The notes under the pieces were generated by a model. That model did not search any database. It saw nothing but the letters and a program-made list of their open reading frames with translations, and had not been told where the DNA came from. This document shows positions 43,585 to 55,240 of a DNA stretch of 64,000 bases, one piece after another. Made by a program: the position numbers and the translations under genes. The first letter of the stretch is position 1. Every line of letters begins with the position of its first letter. Source of the DNA: Arcobacteraceae bacterium (lineage in GTDB: Bacteria > Campylobacterota > Campylobacteria > Campylobacterales > Arcobacteraceae); NCBI GenBank assembly GCA_965224485.1, contig CBDCZH010000015.1:416001-480000 (forward strand). The letters are read 5' to 3'.

Positions 43585-45201
43585 TTACTCTTCATAAAGA
43601 GGGATACTTAAAGAAAAAACTGCTCCATCTTTTATATTTGCACACTTAACTTTTCCATTCATATTCTGTTCAACTATAATTTTACTCATGTATAAACCAA
43701 TTCCTGTACCATTTCCATCATCTTTTGTAGTGAAATATGCTTCATATATATTAGGCATTATTTTCTCACTAATTCCACCTGCATTATCCAAAACTTCTAA
43801 AATACCATACTTATCATCACTTGATATTTTTACTATAATTTTAGGTTCTTTAATTTTATTTTCAAGTAAAGCATCTTTAGCATTTGATAATATATTTAAC
43901 AAGGCTTGAGCAAACTCATTTGGAAAACCATAAACATAAATATCATTAGGTGTTTCATATAATACTTTTATATTATATAGTTTAAAACTAGAATCAACTA
44001 GCTCCATTGTTCGATCTAAACTCTCTTGCAATTTAAACTTTTCTTTTATTTTATTTGGTTTAAAGAAGTTTCTAAAATCATCAATCGTTTTACTCATCAT
44101 TCTAGTTAATTTCATAGAATCATTTACAGATTTATTCATAAAAGAATCACTAAGATTATTCATAGAATAACCTAAATTCATATTTTGAATAATTATTCCT
44201 AAAGCATTTAAAGGCTGTCTCCATTGATGGGCAATATTTCCAATCATTTCACCCATCGCTGCAAGCCTTGATTGATAAATTAACATTTCTTCTTGTTCAC
44301 GTCTTTTATTAATCTCTTCTTTTACCTTATGATCAAGATTTTTATTAAGTTCACTAAGCTCTAAAGATTTCTGCTTTAAACTATTATTTGCAGATTCTAG
44401 TTCATATGTTCTTGCTTGAACTCTTAATTCCAAATCTTCATGTGAAGCTTTTAATTTTTTTCTTGAATCTGCTAGATTTTTTATCATTTCATTAAATGTT
44501 TGGGTTAGTTCCCCTATTTCATCATCTCTTGTAATATCAAGTTCAATAATTAAATTATCATATGAAATATTTTTTACTTTTTCATTTAATGAAATAATTG
44601 GATCAGAAAATATTCTAGCTACATAATACGAAACCACAACAGACACAACTAATACACTAAATAAAAGATACATGAAGTTTAAATATATAGCTTGTATTTC
44701 TTTCTTGTAAGCACTTAAATCATAACTTAAGTGTAACCATCCCCAAGAAATACCAGAAAAGTATATAGGATAAGTAAAATGGAAAACTTTTTCATTTAAG
44801 ATTGGAGATTCTAGAATTCCATAACTTTCTTTGTTATTTTGCATTTTTTTAAATATTTCATCTAATTTTGTATCAAACTTCCAAGAATTTTTTTGTATTA
44901 TAAAAACAGAATCATCAGTTTTGGAAATTATTATAGTTTTTATATTTTTTGAGTTTTTTATATATTCTGAGTTGAATTCAATTAAATATGAATTATCATC
45001 AATTATTAAAGCATCTGAGGAAACAAAAGTAATTGACTTTGAAATTGACCTTGCTTCTGATTGTAGAAGTTTTAATAATGACTCTTTTTGTAAGGTAACT
45101 TCTATAAAACCAAAAATTAACGTAGCTGTAACTATTCCTAAAAAAAGTAGTTTAAATACTTTAAAAAATAGTTTATTGCCATCAACTTTAAACATATTCA
45201 T
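43585..45201 (-). CDS. HAMP-containing sensor histidine kinase
   Basis: Two TM segments; HAMP (DDEIGELTQTFNEM); H-box IAHQWRQPL; N box; DNAGG; GTGIGLY. Confidence 0.93.
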   Translation of the reverse strand: MNMFKVDGNKLFFKVFKLLFLGIVTATLIFGFIEVTLQKESLLKLLQSEARSISKSITFVSSDALIIDDNSYLIEFNSEYIKNSKNIKTIIISKTDDSVFIIQKNSWKFDTKLDEIFKKMQNNKESYGILESPILNEKVFHFTYPIYFSGISWGWLHLSYDLSAYKKEIQAIYLNFMYLLFSVLVVSVVVSYYVARIFSDPIISLNEKVKNISYDNLIIELDITRDDEIGELTQTFNEMIKNLADSRKKLKASHEDLELRVQARTYELESANNSLKQKSLELSELNKNLDHKVKEEINKRREQEEMLIYQSRLAAMGEMIGNIAHQWRQPLNALGIIIQNMNLGYSMNNLSDSFMNKSVNDSMKLTRMMSKTIDDFRNFFKPNKIKEKFKLQESLDRTMELVDSSFKLYNIKVLYETPNDIYVYGFPNEFAQALLNILSNAKDALLENKIKEPKIIVKISSDDKYGILEVLDNAGGISEKIMPNIYEAYFTTKDDGNGTGIGLYMSKIIVEQNMNGKVKCANIKDGAVFSLSIPLYEE

Positions 45202-45208
45202 ATTCCTT

Positions 45209-46093
45209 TTATTGATTATATCGTTTTTTTAATTCTAAGTATTCTTTATAAAAAAGTTCTATTTCTTTTAGATAATCTTTTTGAACAAATTTTATACTAT
45301 GGGCTTTTGCTAGAACTAAAATATCTTGTACTTTACTTTTTAACTTTTCTATTGTTGTTAGCTCATTAAAAGTATTTTCTAATTCTTTAGTTCTACTTTT
45401 TTTAAAAAATGCTACTGCGAAAAAGAAAATTTCATCTGACTTTTTAATTATTCTTATTTTCTTTTTAAGAGTAGGATTAAGCTCAATCATTATCTCCCAA
45501 GCACTTCTTGAGATAATAGCAAAATCAGATTTTTTAAAATATACATCTAAGATAGCTAAAGATTCACTTCTTTTTTTAATTTCCAATTTTATTAAGTTTT
45601 TATATGATTTTTTATTACTTTCTAATGACAATTTATCTAACCAAATTCTAATTGTATTATTCTCAAAATATGAAGTCAGAATCTTATTTTTTATATCTTT
45701 TATAGAATTGATATTTGAACTAGTATTTGCGATAAGATAGTATTGTTTATAATCTCTTATGCTATCTTTAATAATAAAGAATTTTTTCGAATTATTATTG
45801 ATTTCTTTTTGGTTTTTTAAATAATCAATAGCTTTTATAGCTAAGATATCTAGTTTAGAAGATTTAGTAAAATCTGATATTATTTCTTCTGTACTTTCAT
45901 AAAAAGTTAAATTTAATTTCTTATGATAAATATTTAATGCATCAGCAAAAATTTTTTGAAAACCTAAACGTATATCTTTAATCTTTCTAAAATCATTATT
46001 TTCTACATTAATACCAAGAGTATATTCTACTTTTTCATTTGCTTGTAATATACATAAGTTAAATGATATTAATAGTAAAAATAATTTAATCAT
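45209..46093 (-). CDS. PhnD/SsuA-like periplasmic binding protein
   Basis: Signal peptide; YYLIAN..INSIKDIKNK; AILDVYFKKSDFAII...ELNP. Confidence 0.65.
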   Translation of the reverse strand: MIKLFLLLISFNLCILQANEKVEYTLGINVENNDFRKIKDIRLGFQKIFADALNIYHKKLNLTFYESTEEIISDFTKSSKLDILAIKAIDYLKNQKEINNNSKKFFIIKDSIRDYKQYYLIANTSSNINSIKDIKNKILTSYFENNTIRIWLDKLSLESNKKSYKNLIKLEIKKRSESLAILDVYFKKSDFAIISRSAWEIMIELNPTLKKKIRIIKKSDEIFFFAVAFFKKSRTKELENTFNELTTIEKLKSKVQDILVLAKAHSIKFVQKDYLKEIELFYKEYLELKKRYNQ

Positions 46094-46097
46094 GAGC

Positions 46098-47453
46098 TTA
46101 GTTTAACTCTTTACCTAATAATTTATCAATCTTTGCTAAAGAGAGCTTATAATCATGTACATACTTAAAATAATCAGCTTTTATATAGGCTTCCATATAC
46201 TGTGACTCTATTACTTTCTCTATTGTAATAACATCAATTTGATAACCTCTTGTATTTAAAATTCTATGTTCTTTTGCAATTGTTTTTGCTTCTTTTAATG
46301 TTTGCATTTGTTTATAAGAAGTATTTACTTTAATAAATTCACTTTGTATCTGTATAGCTGTTGCTTCTTTTAAGATTTCAGATAATACAATCATTTTCTT
46401 TTTGTTTAACTTCTTTTCCATTATTTTATAAGAAGTTCTTTTTGCATTAAAAAGTGTCATTTTTGCAAGAATCCCTACTTTCCAAGAGTTTTCCTGATCA
46501 TCATTTAAAATACCAAATTCATAAGAATTATAAATATTATTTAAAGAAGCGCTAAGAGCAACATCTGGGTAATATTCAGCTTTTGCTTCATTTATTTGCT
46601 CTTGTGTAATTTGTAAAGCAAGTTTTACTTTTTTTATATCAATATTTGAAGTAAAAGCTTCTTCAACCAAAGATTCAAGCTGGTATTTTTTTTCTTTTAC
46701 TTCTTTAGAAGAAACAAGAATTTTAACCTTAGTATTCCAAGATATTCCCATAGTATTAATTAAAGCAAGCCTTAACATATCTCGTTTTGCTTGAATTTTT
46801 GCAAGTGTTGATTTAACTAGGGATACTACTAATTGAATGTGTAAATAATCAGTTTTTTTTATATTTAAAGAATTTCCATTTTCATAAAAATCCTTAGTTA
46901 AAGCAGAAATAAACTGCATTTGATCTAAGGTATCTGATGCTAGCTTTTCAAGTTGTGAACTTAAGGTAAAAGCATAATAATACTTCTTTATATCAAAAAT
47001 AACATTTTGTTTTTCTCTTATTATTGATGTTTTTGCAAGTAGTTTATTTATTTGCGCTTGTTTGATAATAGAAGAAATTTTTCCACCTGTATAAAGTGGA
47101 TATAAAAGGTCTAAAGAAGATATAACAGTATCTCTTCCCATAGCAGTTGTTTCAATATTAAGAGGTATACTACTTACTCCTGGTATTGGTAATGAACTCA
47201 TATCTATTTGGCTTCTCATTGAAAAAGTTCTATCTTCTTTTTCTCTTAAAGCAATAATATTCATATCAAGAATAGGATAATTTAAACTTTGTGCTTGTTT
47301 ATATTGAGTTTTTGCTATTTCTAAAGCAAGTTTTGAAATTTTATGCTGCTTATTATTTTCTAAGGCAATTTCAAGTGCTTTATTTAAGTCAATACTTAGA
47401 CTTTGAGCTAAGATTACATTGTAATACAATACTAACAAAAGAATAATTTTCAT
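46098..47453 (-). CDS. TolC family outer-membrane protein
   Basis: Signal peptide; ALEIALENN, YPLYTGG, AEYYPDV repeats. Confidence 0.88.
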   Translation of the reverse strand: MKIILLLVLYYNVILAQSLSIDLNKALEIALENNKQHKISKLALEIAKTQYKQAQSLNYPILDMNIIALREKEDRTFSMRSQIDMSSLPIPGVSSIPLNIETTAMGRDTVISSLDLLYPLYTGGKISSIIKQAQINKLLAKTSIIREKQNVIFDIKKYYYAFTLSSQLEKLASDTLDQMQFISALTKDFYENGNSLNIKKTDYLHIQLVVSLVKSTLAKIQAKRDMLRLALINTMGISWNTKVKILVSSKEVKEKKYQLESLVEEAFTSNIDIKKVKLALQITQEQINEAKAEYYPDVALSASLNNIYNSYEFGILNDDQENSWKVGILAKMTLFNAKRTSYKIMEKKLNKKKMIVLSEILKEATAIQIQSEFIKVNTSYKQMQTLKEAKTIAKEHRILNTRGYQIDVITIEKVIESQYMEAYIKADYFKYVHDYKLSLAKIDKLLGKELN

Positions 47454-47604
47454 ATAAACCTCTTTTTTTGATTTAATTATACATAAAAATAATTAGCTTA
47501 CACAATAATAAAAGCAAATTATAATAAATTTTTTTATTTAAGTATATTAATTAATATTATTATATACTAATAAACAAAAAATAATATTTAAGTAAAGTAG
47601 CTAT

Positions 47605-48585
47605 ATGAATAATGAAATTTTAAAAAATTTAACAATACTTTATGTTGAAGATGATGAATTTATTAGAGAAAACACTGTAATTACACTCTCTATGTTAGAG
47701 TTGAATGTAATATCTGCAATTGACGGTGAAGATGGGGTAGATAAATTCCATAAAAATTCTAATATTGATTTTATTTTAACAGATATATCTATGCCAAATA
47801 TGAACGGTTTAGATATGATTGAAGAGATAAAAAAAACAAAAGAAGATATTCCTGTAATAATAACAACAGCTCATCAAGAAATTTCATACCTACATAGAGC
47901 AATTGAATTACATGTAAATTCATATATTATGAAACCAATTGATATAAGTAATTTGATAAAAGCTTTAATAAACGCTGTTGAACCAAGTATATTAAAACAT
48001 CAGCTAATTAGTAAAAACAAAGAATTAATAGAACTAAATAACTCACTTGAAGAAAAAATCGAATTAAGAACTAGAGAATTAAGAATTTTAGCCTCAACTG
48101 ATCCTTTAACAGGAATTAACAATAGAAGAGAATTTTTTAAACTAGCAAACGAACTTTTTGCAATAAGCAAAGAAAATGATTTATTTGCTGTTATGATTGA
48201 TATTGATAATTTCAAACTTTTAAATGATACTTATGGTCATAGTATTGGAGATGAAGTACTTATCTTACTTACAAAAACAATAAAAGATTTATTAAAAGAA
48301 AATGAAATTTTTGGTCGCTTAGGTGGAGAAGAGTTTGCTATTGTTTATAAATTAGATTCAAATAAAGATTCATATGAAAAAATAAATAGTATTAGACAAA
48401 TAGTAGAAAATCTTCATTTTGAAAATGGGAAATCACAAATAAAATTTACTATAAGTGTAGGTATTTCTCAAAAAACAAAGGAAGATACTTTAGTTGATTC
48501 TATTTTAGCAAGAGCTGATAAAGCCCTATATGAAGCCAAAGGAAGTGGACGAAATAAAGTAATTTTTAGAAATAAAGATTCTTAA
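47605..48585 (+). CDS. Response-regulator diguanylate cyclase (REC-GGDEF)
   Basis: LYVEDD, LTDISMPNMNG, KP; DPLTG; LGGEEF; no RxxD I-site (KENE). Confidence 0.92.
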   Translation: MNNEILKNLTILYVEDDEFIRENTVITLSMLELNVISAIDGEDGVDKFHKNSNIDFILTDISMPNMNGLDMIEEIKKTKEDIPVIITTAHQEISYLHRAIELHVNSYIMKPIDISNLIKALINAVEPSILKHQLISKNKELIELNNSLEEKIELRTRELRILASTDPLTGINNRREFFKLANELFAISKENDLFAVMIDIDNFKLLNDTYGHSIGDEVLILLTKTIKDLLKENEIFGRLGGEEFAIVYKLDSNKDSYEKINSIRQIVENLHFENGKSQIKFTISVGISQKTKEDTLVDSILARADKALYEAKGSGRNKVIFRNKDS

Positions 48586-48622
48586 GAAATAATTCTTAAG
48601 TATTTAGTTTATTCTTGTATAA

Positions 48623-49768
<1,146 letters not shown>

Positions 49769-49829
49769 GTTTAATTTCCAATTAGCTATAATTTTAAAAA
49801 ACAAGTACGTATTAGAAAAAAGGTAAATA

Positions 49830-50120
49830 ATGACCGTAGATAATAAATTAATCTCTAAACTTGCAAAACTTTCAGGTTTAGAAATAACAGATGAAAGAAG
49901 AGAATCTTTAAAAGAAGAATTAGCAGAGATTATAAATTTTGTTGATAATTTAAAAGATATAGATGTTTCACATATTGATGCAACATTTAATACAATTGAA
50001 GGTGGAACACCTTTACGAGAAGATATAGCAAAACAAGATTTAGAAATATCTGAGCATATTTTAAAACATGCTCCCAAAAGTGAAGATGGATACTTTATAG
50101 TTCCAAAAATTATAGAATAA
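49830..50120 (+). CDS. gatC: Asp/Glu-tRNA amidotransferase subunit C
   Basis: KLAKLS..TPLRED..APKSEDGYFIVPKIIE. Confidence 0.95.
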   Translation: MTVDNKLISKLAKLSGLEITDERRESLKEELAEIINFVDNLKDIDVSHIDATFNTIEGGTPLREDIAKQDLEISEHILKHAPKSEDGYFIVPKIIE

Positions 50121-50128
50121 GGATAACA

Positions 50129-50476
50129 ATGATAAAGGTTTATGGAATAAAAGCCTGAGGAAGTGTAAGAAAAGCCTTAAGTTTTTTTAAGGAAAACAAT
50201 ATAGAAGTTGAATTTTTTGATTTTAAAAAAATAAAACTTGATTCTACACAAATCACAGCTTGGAGTAAGAAAGTAGACATAAATATACTTTTAAACCAAA
50301 AAGGTGCAAAATATAGAAACTTAGGTTTAAAAGATTTAAATCTAAATGATGAGCAAAAGATAAGCCATTTAGTAGAAGAACCAATGCTTTTTAAAAGACC
50401 AATTGTTGAATCTTTAAAAGATTTAATAGTTGCTTTTGATGAAGAACTTTATAAAAAAACGTTCCTAAGCTCTTAA
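50129..50476 (+). CDS. ArsC/YffB/Spx-family thioredoxin-fold protein with in-frame UGA (probable selenoprotein)
   Basis: Own translation: MIKVYGIKA[UGA]GSVRKALSFFKENNIEVEFFDFKK...LLNQKGAKYRNL...EEPMLFKRPIV...VAFDEELY...; 115 aa; AAGGA RBS; UGA 50156-50158. Absent from ORF track. Confidence 0.85.
50175..50192 (+). promoter_or_regulatory. SECIS-like hairpin
   Basis: CCTTAA-GTTTTT-TTAAGG; the loop begins with G after a 22-nt spacer from the UGA. Confidence 0.6.
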
Positions 50477-50508
50477 AATACAAAGAAGAAAACTTCTTTG
50501 TATTTTAA
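50473..50508. terminator. Bidirectional terminator (16-bp perfect inverted repeat)
   Basis: TTAAAATACAAAGAAG-aaaa-CTTCTTTGTATTTTAA between convergent genes. Confidence 0.85.
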
Positions 50509-50587
50509 ACCTACAAACTACAACTTTAAAACTAACTAACCTAACAACTTAAAAACATATAAACTTACTAACCTACTAACTTAAAAA
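50509..50587. repeat. G-free AAC(C/T)TAC-type low-complexity tract
   Basis: No G on the + strand from 50501 to 50597; units AACCTAC, AACTAC, AACTTAC. Confidence 0.65.
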
Positions 50588-51946
50588 CTACATCCCCGCC
50601 CTAGCTTCTTTTAAAGTCTGAGCAATCATAAACGATAACTCTAAAGCTTGATCAGCATTTAATCTTGGATCACATTGAGTATGATATCTATTACTTAAAG
50701 CATCTTGAGTTACAGCAGAAGAAGTAGAACCAGTACATTCAGTAACATTTTGCCCTGTCATTTCTAAATGAATTCCACCTGCATAAGTACCTTCCGTTTT
50801 ATGTATTTGAAAAAATTGTTTAACTTCTGTTAAAATATCTTCAAAGTCTCTAGTTTTATAACCATTTGAAGCTTTTATTGTATTTCCGTGCATTGGATCA
50901 CATGACCATAATATATTTCTACCCTCAGATTTTACTCTTTTCAAAAGTTTTGGAAAAGTATCTTCTACTTTATTTGCACCCATTCTTACAATTAAGTTTA
51001 ATCTTCCTTCTTCGTTATGAGGATTTAAAGCATCAATTAATTCTATTAATTCATCTTCTTTCATAGAAGGTCCAACTTTACAACCAATTGGATTTTTAAT
51101 ACCTCTGAAATACTCAATATGAGCTTCACTTAAATCTCTTGTTCTATCTCCTATCCATAACATATGAGCACTACAGTCATACCAGTCATTCGTTAATGAA
51201 TCTTGTCGTGTAAGTGCTTGTTCATAATTTAATAATAAAGCTTCATGAGAAGTAAACAAAGTCGTATGGGTTAATTGGTCAGTATTATTAGACTCAATTC
51301 CACAGGCTTTCATAAAGGCTAAAGTTTCAGAAATTTTTGAAGCTAATTCCTCATATTTAACACCCAATGCATTATCTTTAATAAAATCAAGATTCCAAGA
51401 ATGAACGTTATTCAAATTTGCCATTCCACCTCTAGAAAATGCTCTTAATAAGTTCAAGGTAGCAGCACTTTGATTATATGCTTTTAATAACTTATTTGGG
51501 TTTGGCATTCTTGAGTCTTTTGTAAAAGCAGAAGAATTAATTATATCTCCTCTATAAGAAGGTAAAGATATTCCATTTATTTCTTCAAAATCACTAGATC
51601 TAGGTTTTGCGAATTGTCCTGCTATTCTTCCTACTTTAACTATTGGACAGCCACCTGAAAAAGTTAATACAACTGCCATTTGCATCATAACTTTGAATAA
51701 ATCTTTTATATTATTTGCATTAAAAGCATCAAAAGATTCGGCACAATCTCCACCTTGTAATAAAAAAGACTTTCCATTTACCACATCTGCTAGTTTTGAT
51801 TTTAAATCTCTTGCCTCTCCTGCAAAAATTAAAGGAGGATAAGAAGATAACTCTTTTTCAACATTAAGTAGTTTATCTAAATCATTATATGTTGGTTGCT
51901 GTTTGATTGGAAAATCTCTCCAGCTACTTGGATTCCAATTATTCAT
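50588..51946 (-). CDS. Class II DAHP synthase
   Basis: [50 protein letters not shown]. Confidence 0.96.
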   Translation of the reverse strand: MNNWNPSSWRDFPIKQQPTYNDLDKLLNVEKELSSYPPLIFAGEARDLKSKLADVVNGKSFLLQGGDCAESFDAFNANNIKDLFKVMMQMAVVLTFSGGCPIVKVGRIAGQFAKPRSSDFEEINGISLPSYRGDIINSSAFTKDSRMPNPNKLLKAYNQSAATLNLLRAFSRGGMANLNNVHSWNLDFIKDNALGVKYEELASKISETLAFMKACGIESNNTDQLTHTTLFTSHEALLLNYEQALTRQDSLTNDWYDCSAHMLWIGDRTRDLSEAHIEYFRGIKNPIGCKVGPSMKEDELIELIDALNPHNEEGRLNLIVRMGANKVEDTFPKLLKRVKSEGRNILWSCDPMHGNTIKASNGYKTRDFEDILTEVKQFFQIHKTEGTYAGGIHLEMTGQNVTECTGSTSSAVTQDALSNRYHTQCDPRLNADQALELSFMIAQTLKEARAGM

Positions 51947-52028
51947 ATTACTCTCCTTTTTATTTTACTACGGTGATTCTAACTAATTGTTACTTAGTAT
52001 ATATGATTACATAACAAGAAGCTAAAAA

Positions 52029-53021
52029 CTAATTAAGTAATTTTTCTAATAATTCTTCAAATGAAACTTTAAATGAGTCTAAACCATCATTTAATAAGGT
52101 TTCATAAACTTCTTCAATTGCAATATCTTTGCTTTTTAATAAAGCAAAAAATTTATCACAATCATTTTCACTTATAACTTCACTTTCTTCTTTCTTACCA
52201 TCTTTAATCCAGTCTTCTATTGTTGCTAAAGGAGCTGTATTCACTGAATTTTTATATAAAAGATTATCAACATAATATGTAGGACTTAAATTATCATCTT
52301 TAACCCCAGTACTTGCAAATAATGTTCTTATATTGACGTTATTTAATTTATTTACTTCGTGATAACATTTACTTGCATTAATAATTCCAAGTTTTGCTGT
52401 TGGAATATCTTTTTGTAAAAATTCTTTATCACATAATCTATCAAATCTTGATACAAAAACAGAAACAACAGCTTGTATATCTTTATTTGATTCTTTTATT
52501 CCTTCATCTAAAGCTTTTGCACATTCATTTGCTTGTTTTGGTGAGAAAATTAGTGTTGCATTAACATGAATACCTCTACTTGTTAACTCTTTCATAGCAA
52601 TATAACCAGCAGGCGTTGCTGGCACTTTTATCATCACATTATCTTCTTCTATGCAAGTACTTAATCTAATTCCTTCTTCTATTGTAGCTTGGGAATCATC
52701 ACATAAACTAGGATCTACTTCTAAAGAGATAAAACCATCTTCTTTAGCATTTTTATGTTGTTCTTTTAATAGTGTTGCTGCTCTTTTTATATCTTTTAAT
52801 GCTAACTCTTCATATATAGTCTTAGCCCCATTTGCTTGAAGCATATCAAGTTGTTGTCTATAAGCTAAAGATGTTGTAATAGATGAGGCAAAAATTGCAG
52901 GATTTGAAGTAGCACCTTGAATAATCTCATCTTTTATTAAACTTTGAAACCTATTTTCTAAAAATTCTCTTTCTATAAAATCACACCAAAGTGAAAAGTT
53001 AATATCTTCTTTTAAACTCAT
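52029..53021 (-). CDS. tal: Transaldolase
   Basis: SLWCD, GATSNPAIF, SLEVDP, MIKVPAT, NATLIFS, LFASTG. Confidence 0.95.
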   Translation of the reverse strand: MSLKEDINFSLWCDFIEREFLENRFQSLIKDEIIQGATSNPAIFASSITTSLAYRQQLDMLQANGAKTIYEELALKDIKRAATLLKEQHKNAKEDGFISLEVDPSLCDDSQATIEEGIRLSTCIEEDNVMIKVPATPAGYIAMKELTSRGIHVNATLIFSPKQANECAKALDEGIKESNKDIQAVVSVFVSRFDRLCDKEFLQKDIPTAKLGIINASKCYHEVNKLNNVNIRTLFASTGVKDDNLSPTYYVDNLLYKNSVNTAPLATIEDWIKDGKKEESEVISENDCDKFFALLKSKDIAIEEVYETLLNDGLDSFKVSFEELLEKLLN

Positions 53022-53031
53022 TTCTAAACTC

Positions 53032-53652
53032 CTATATTTCTTTTAAGATTTGCGATAAATCTTTTGTATCAATTATTATATTTGCTTCTTTTTTTAAAAT
53101 ATCTTTTGCACAAAAAGCAACTCTTTTATTAGCATATTTAAACATTGAAACATCATTAGCACCATCACCTACGACTAAAGTATCTTCTTCACTAAGGCCT
53201 AAAAATGACTGAAGTCTTTGAATCATATCACCTTTACTAAAACCAAACATCATATCTCCACCAACTAAACCTGTTAATAAAGAGTTCTTTTCATGTAAAA
53301 CATTTGAAAAAGTTGCATCTAAATTTAGTTTTTTCATTGCAGGGTCAGTTCCTATTCTAAAACCACCTGAGAAACAAATAACCTTATAACCTTTTTCTTT
53401 TAACTTAGCAACCGTTTCATAAGCACCTGGCATTAAAGGTAAATTCTTACAAATATCTACTGCATCTTTATATGCAAGTCCTTTTAATAAAGAAACTCTC
53501 TCAATCAAAGATTCAAAAAAATCAACTCTTCCACTCATAGAGTCATTGGTGATTTTTGCTACTTTTTGCTCTAAACCTAAAGGGCGTGCTAAAAAATCTA
53601 TTGTTTCACCATCCATTAGTGTTGAGTCAAAATCAAAAACTGCTAACTTCAT
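53032..53652 (-). CDS. serB: Phosphoserine phosphatase
   Basis: FDFDSTL..ETID, SGGF, GDGAND. Confidence 0.95.
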   Translation of the reverse strand: MKLAVFDFDSTLMDGETIDFLARPLGLEQKVAKITNDSMSGRVDFFESLIERVSLLKGLAYKDAVDICKNLPLMPGAYETVAKLKEKGYKVICFSGGFRIGTDPAMKKLNLDATFSNVLHEKNSLLTGLVGGDMMFGFSKGDMIQRLQSFLGLSEEDTLVVGDGANDVSMFKYANKRVAFCAKDILKKEANIIIDTKDLSQILKEI

Positions 53653-53740
53653 AAAGAATTCCTAATATTTTATTTTTTAAGGCTATAATTATATCTAAAA
53701 TTTATAAAATACAAATTTGATTATATATAAAGGTCTTTTC

Positions 53741-54124
53741 ATGAAACTAGCCTCAATTGACATAGGTTTAAAAAGAATAGGAGTTTCTATTTGTTTGGCT
53801 TCAAACATAGTAACACCGCAAAGTGCAATATTAAGAAAAAATAGAAATCAAGCAGCAAAAGATGTAAATGCTTTTTTAAAAGAGTGGGAAATTGATAAAT
53901 TAATTGTTGGTTATCCTAGTGCAAGTATTGATATGCAAAAAAGAATAAATCATTTTGTAAATTTATTAGAACTATCTATTCCTTTTGAGTTACAAGAAGA
54001 GAATATGAGTTCAATTGAAGCCTATGATTTAATGAAAGGTGAGATTAAATATAAAAAAGATGGAAGACTTGACTCTTTAGCAGCAAAAGTTATACTAGAA
54101 AGATATTTAAGTAAAAGATCTTAA
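53741..54124 (+). CDS. ruvX: YqgF/RuvX pre-16S rRNA nuclease
   Basis: IDIGLKRIG, IVGYP, EENMSS, DSLAAKVILE; start set at ATG 53741. Confidence 0.9.
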   Translation: MKLASIDIGLKRIGVSICLASNIVTPQSAILRKNRNQAAKDVNAFLKEWEIDKLIVGYPSASIDMQKRINHFVNLLELSIPFELQEENMSSIEAYDLMKGEIKYKKDGRLDSLAAKVILERYLSKRS

Positions 54125-55206
54125 ATATCTTTATATTTTAATCGAACCTTGTCAAATTCATCATAATGTTCAAAAAAGATATCTATTAGTTTAGGATCAA
54201 AGTGTTTTGCCCTTTGTTCTTTAAATAGTTTAAAAATATCTTCTAAGTCCCAAGCTTTTTTATAAACTCGCGCACTTCCTAGCGCATCGAAAACATCAGC
54301 AACAGCTGTAATTCGTCCATAGATATGTATTTCCTCTTTTTTTAAGGCTCTTGGATATCCACTTCCATCCCATTTTTCATGATGTTCATTAGCAACAATA
54401 GCGGCTGCTTTTAAAATCTCTTTATTCGAGTTTTTTAACATATCGAAACCTAAAGAAGCATGAGTTTTCATAATCTCAAACTCTTCAAAAGTAAGTTTTC
54501 CTGGTTTATTTAAGATTTCATCTTTTATAGCTACCTTACCTATATCATGCATAGGGCTAGCTAGTTTTAAAAGCTCTGCTTCTTTTTTACTAAGACCATA
54601 TTTTAAAGCAAGAATTTCAGAATAAATAGCCACTCTTTTTACATGATTTCCTGTCTCTTTTGATCTGCTCTCACCAATAGCACCCATTGCATATACTATA
54701 TCTTTTTGTATATTTATAATTTCTTCTTCAGCTTCAATCATTTTTGTGATATTTGTAGTATAAACTAAAATATAATTGCTATTAGAAAGTATCTTAAAAA
54801 CAATTTTATAGGTCTGTCCTTTTTCACATTTATACTGTTTTATAATAAGTTGATTTTCGTTTTCTAAACTTTTTAAATCTTTTAAATCTTTTTCTTCAAG
54901 TAAAAAAGAGAAATTTTCTAGATCTAAATGCTTTTTTGCATGTTCATTTTTAAATAAAGTATTTAGTTTCTTGTTTAAAATAAAAACTGGTTCTGGATTA
55001 TATTTTGGTAAAAGTTTTAAATAAATATTTTCTAAGTTTTTTTCTTTATTTACAGAAAAAATATTATATAAAAAACAGGACTTACTAAAAGCAGTAAATG
55101 AAATTATTATTGCAAGAAAAGCCAGATACCATAAAGAGTATACAATAGCTATTGTATACAAGATAAGGGCAAGTAGAAACCTAAAATATGCTTCTGTTGA
55201 GCTCAT
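54121..55206 (-). CDS. HD-GYP phosphodiesterase with N-terminal YgaP/DUF2892-like membrane segment (start uncertain; frame open to 55302)
   Basis: ETGNHVKRV, MHDIGK, HHEKWDGSGYP, ADVFDAL; N-terminal R..LL..hydrophobic..SCFLY. Confidence 0.88.
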   Translation of the reverse strand: MSSTEAYFRFLLALILYTIAIVYSLWYLAFLAIIISFTAFSKSCFLYNIFSVNKEKNLENIYLKLLPKYNPEPVFILNKKLNTLFKNEHAKKHLDLENFSFLLEEKDLKDLKSLENENQLIIKQYKCEKGQTYKIVFKILSNSNYILVYTTNITKMIEAEEEIINIQKDIVYAMGAIGESRSKETGNHVKRVAIYSEILALKYGLSKKEAELLKLASPMHDIGKVAIKDEILNKPGKLTFEEFEIMKTHASLGFDMLKNSNKEILKAAAIVANEHHEKWDGSGYPRALKKEEIHIYGRITAVADVFDALGSARVYKKAWDLEDIFKLFKEQRAKHFDPKLIDIFFEHYDEFDKVRLKYKDI

Positions 55207-55240
55207 ATTACAAGATAAACTTCTTCTATAGTTTTTAAGC

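Noticed and set aside
50156..50158. Genome-wide UGA reassignment (code 4 or 25) as the explanation for the in-frame TGA
   Set aside because: TGA terminates thiS and nhaA at their expected ends, and the other long genes have no internal TGA.
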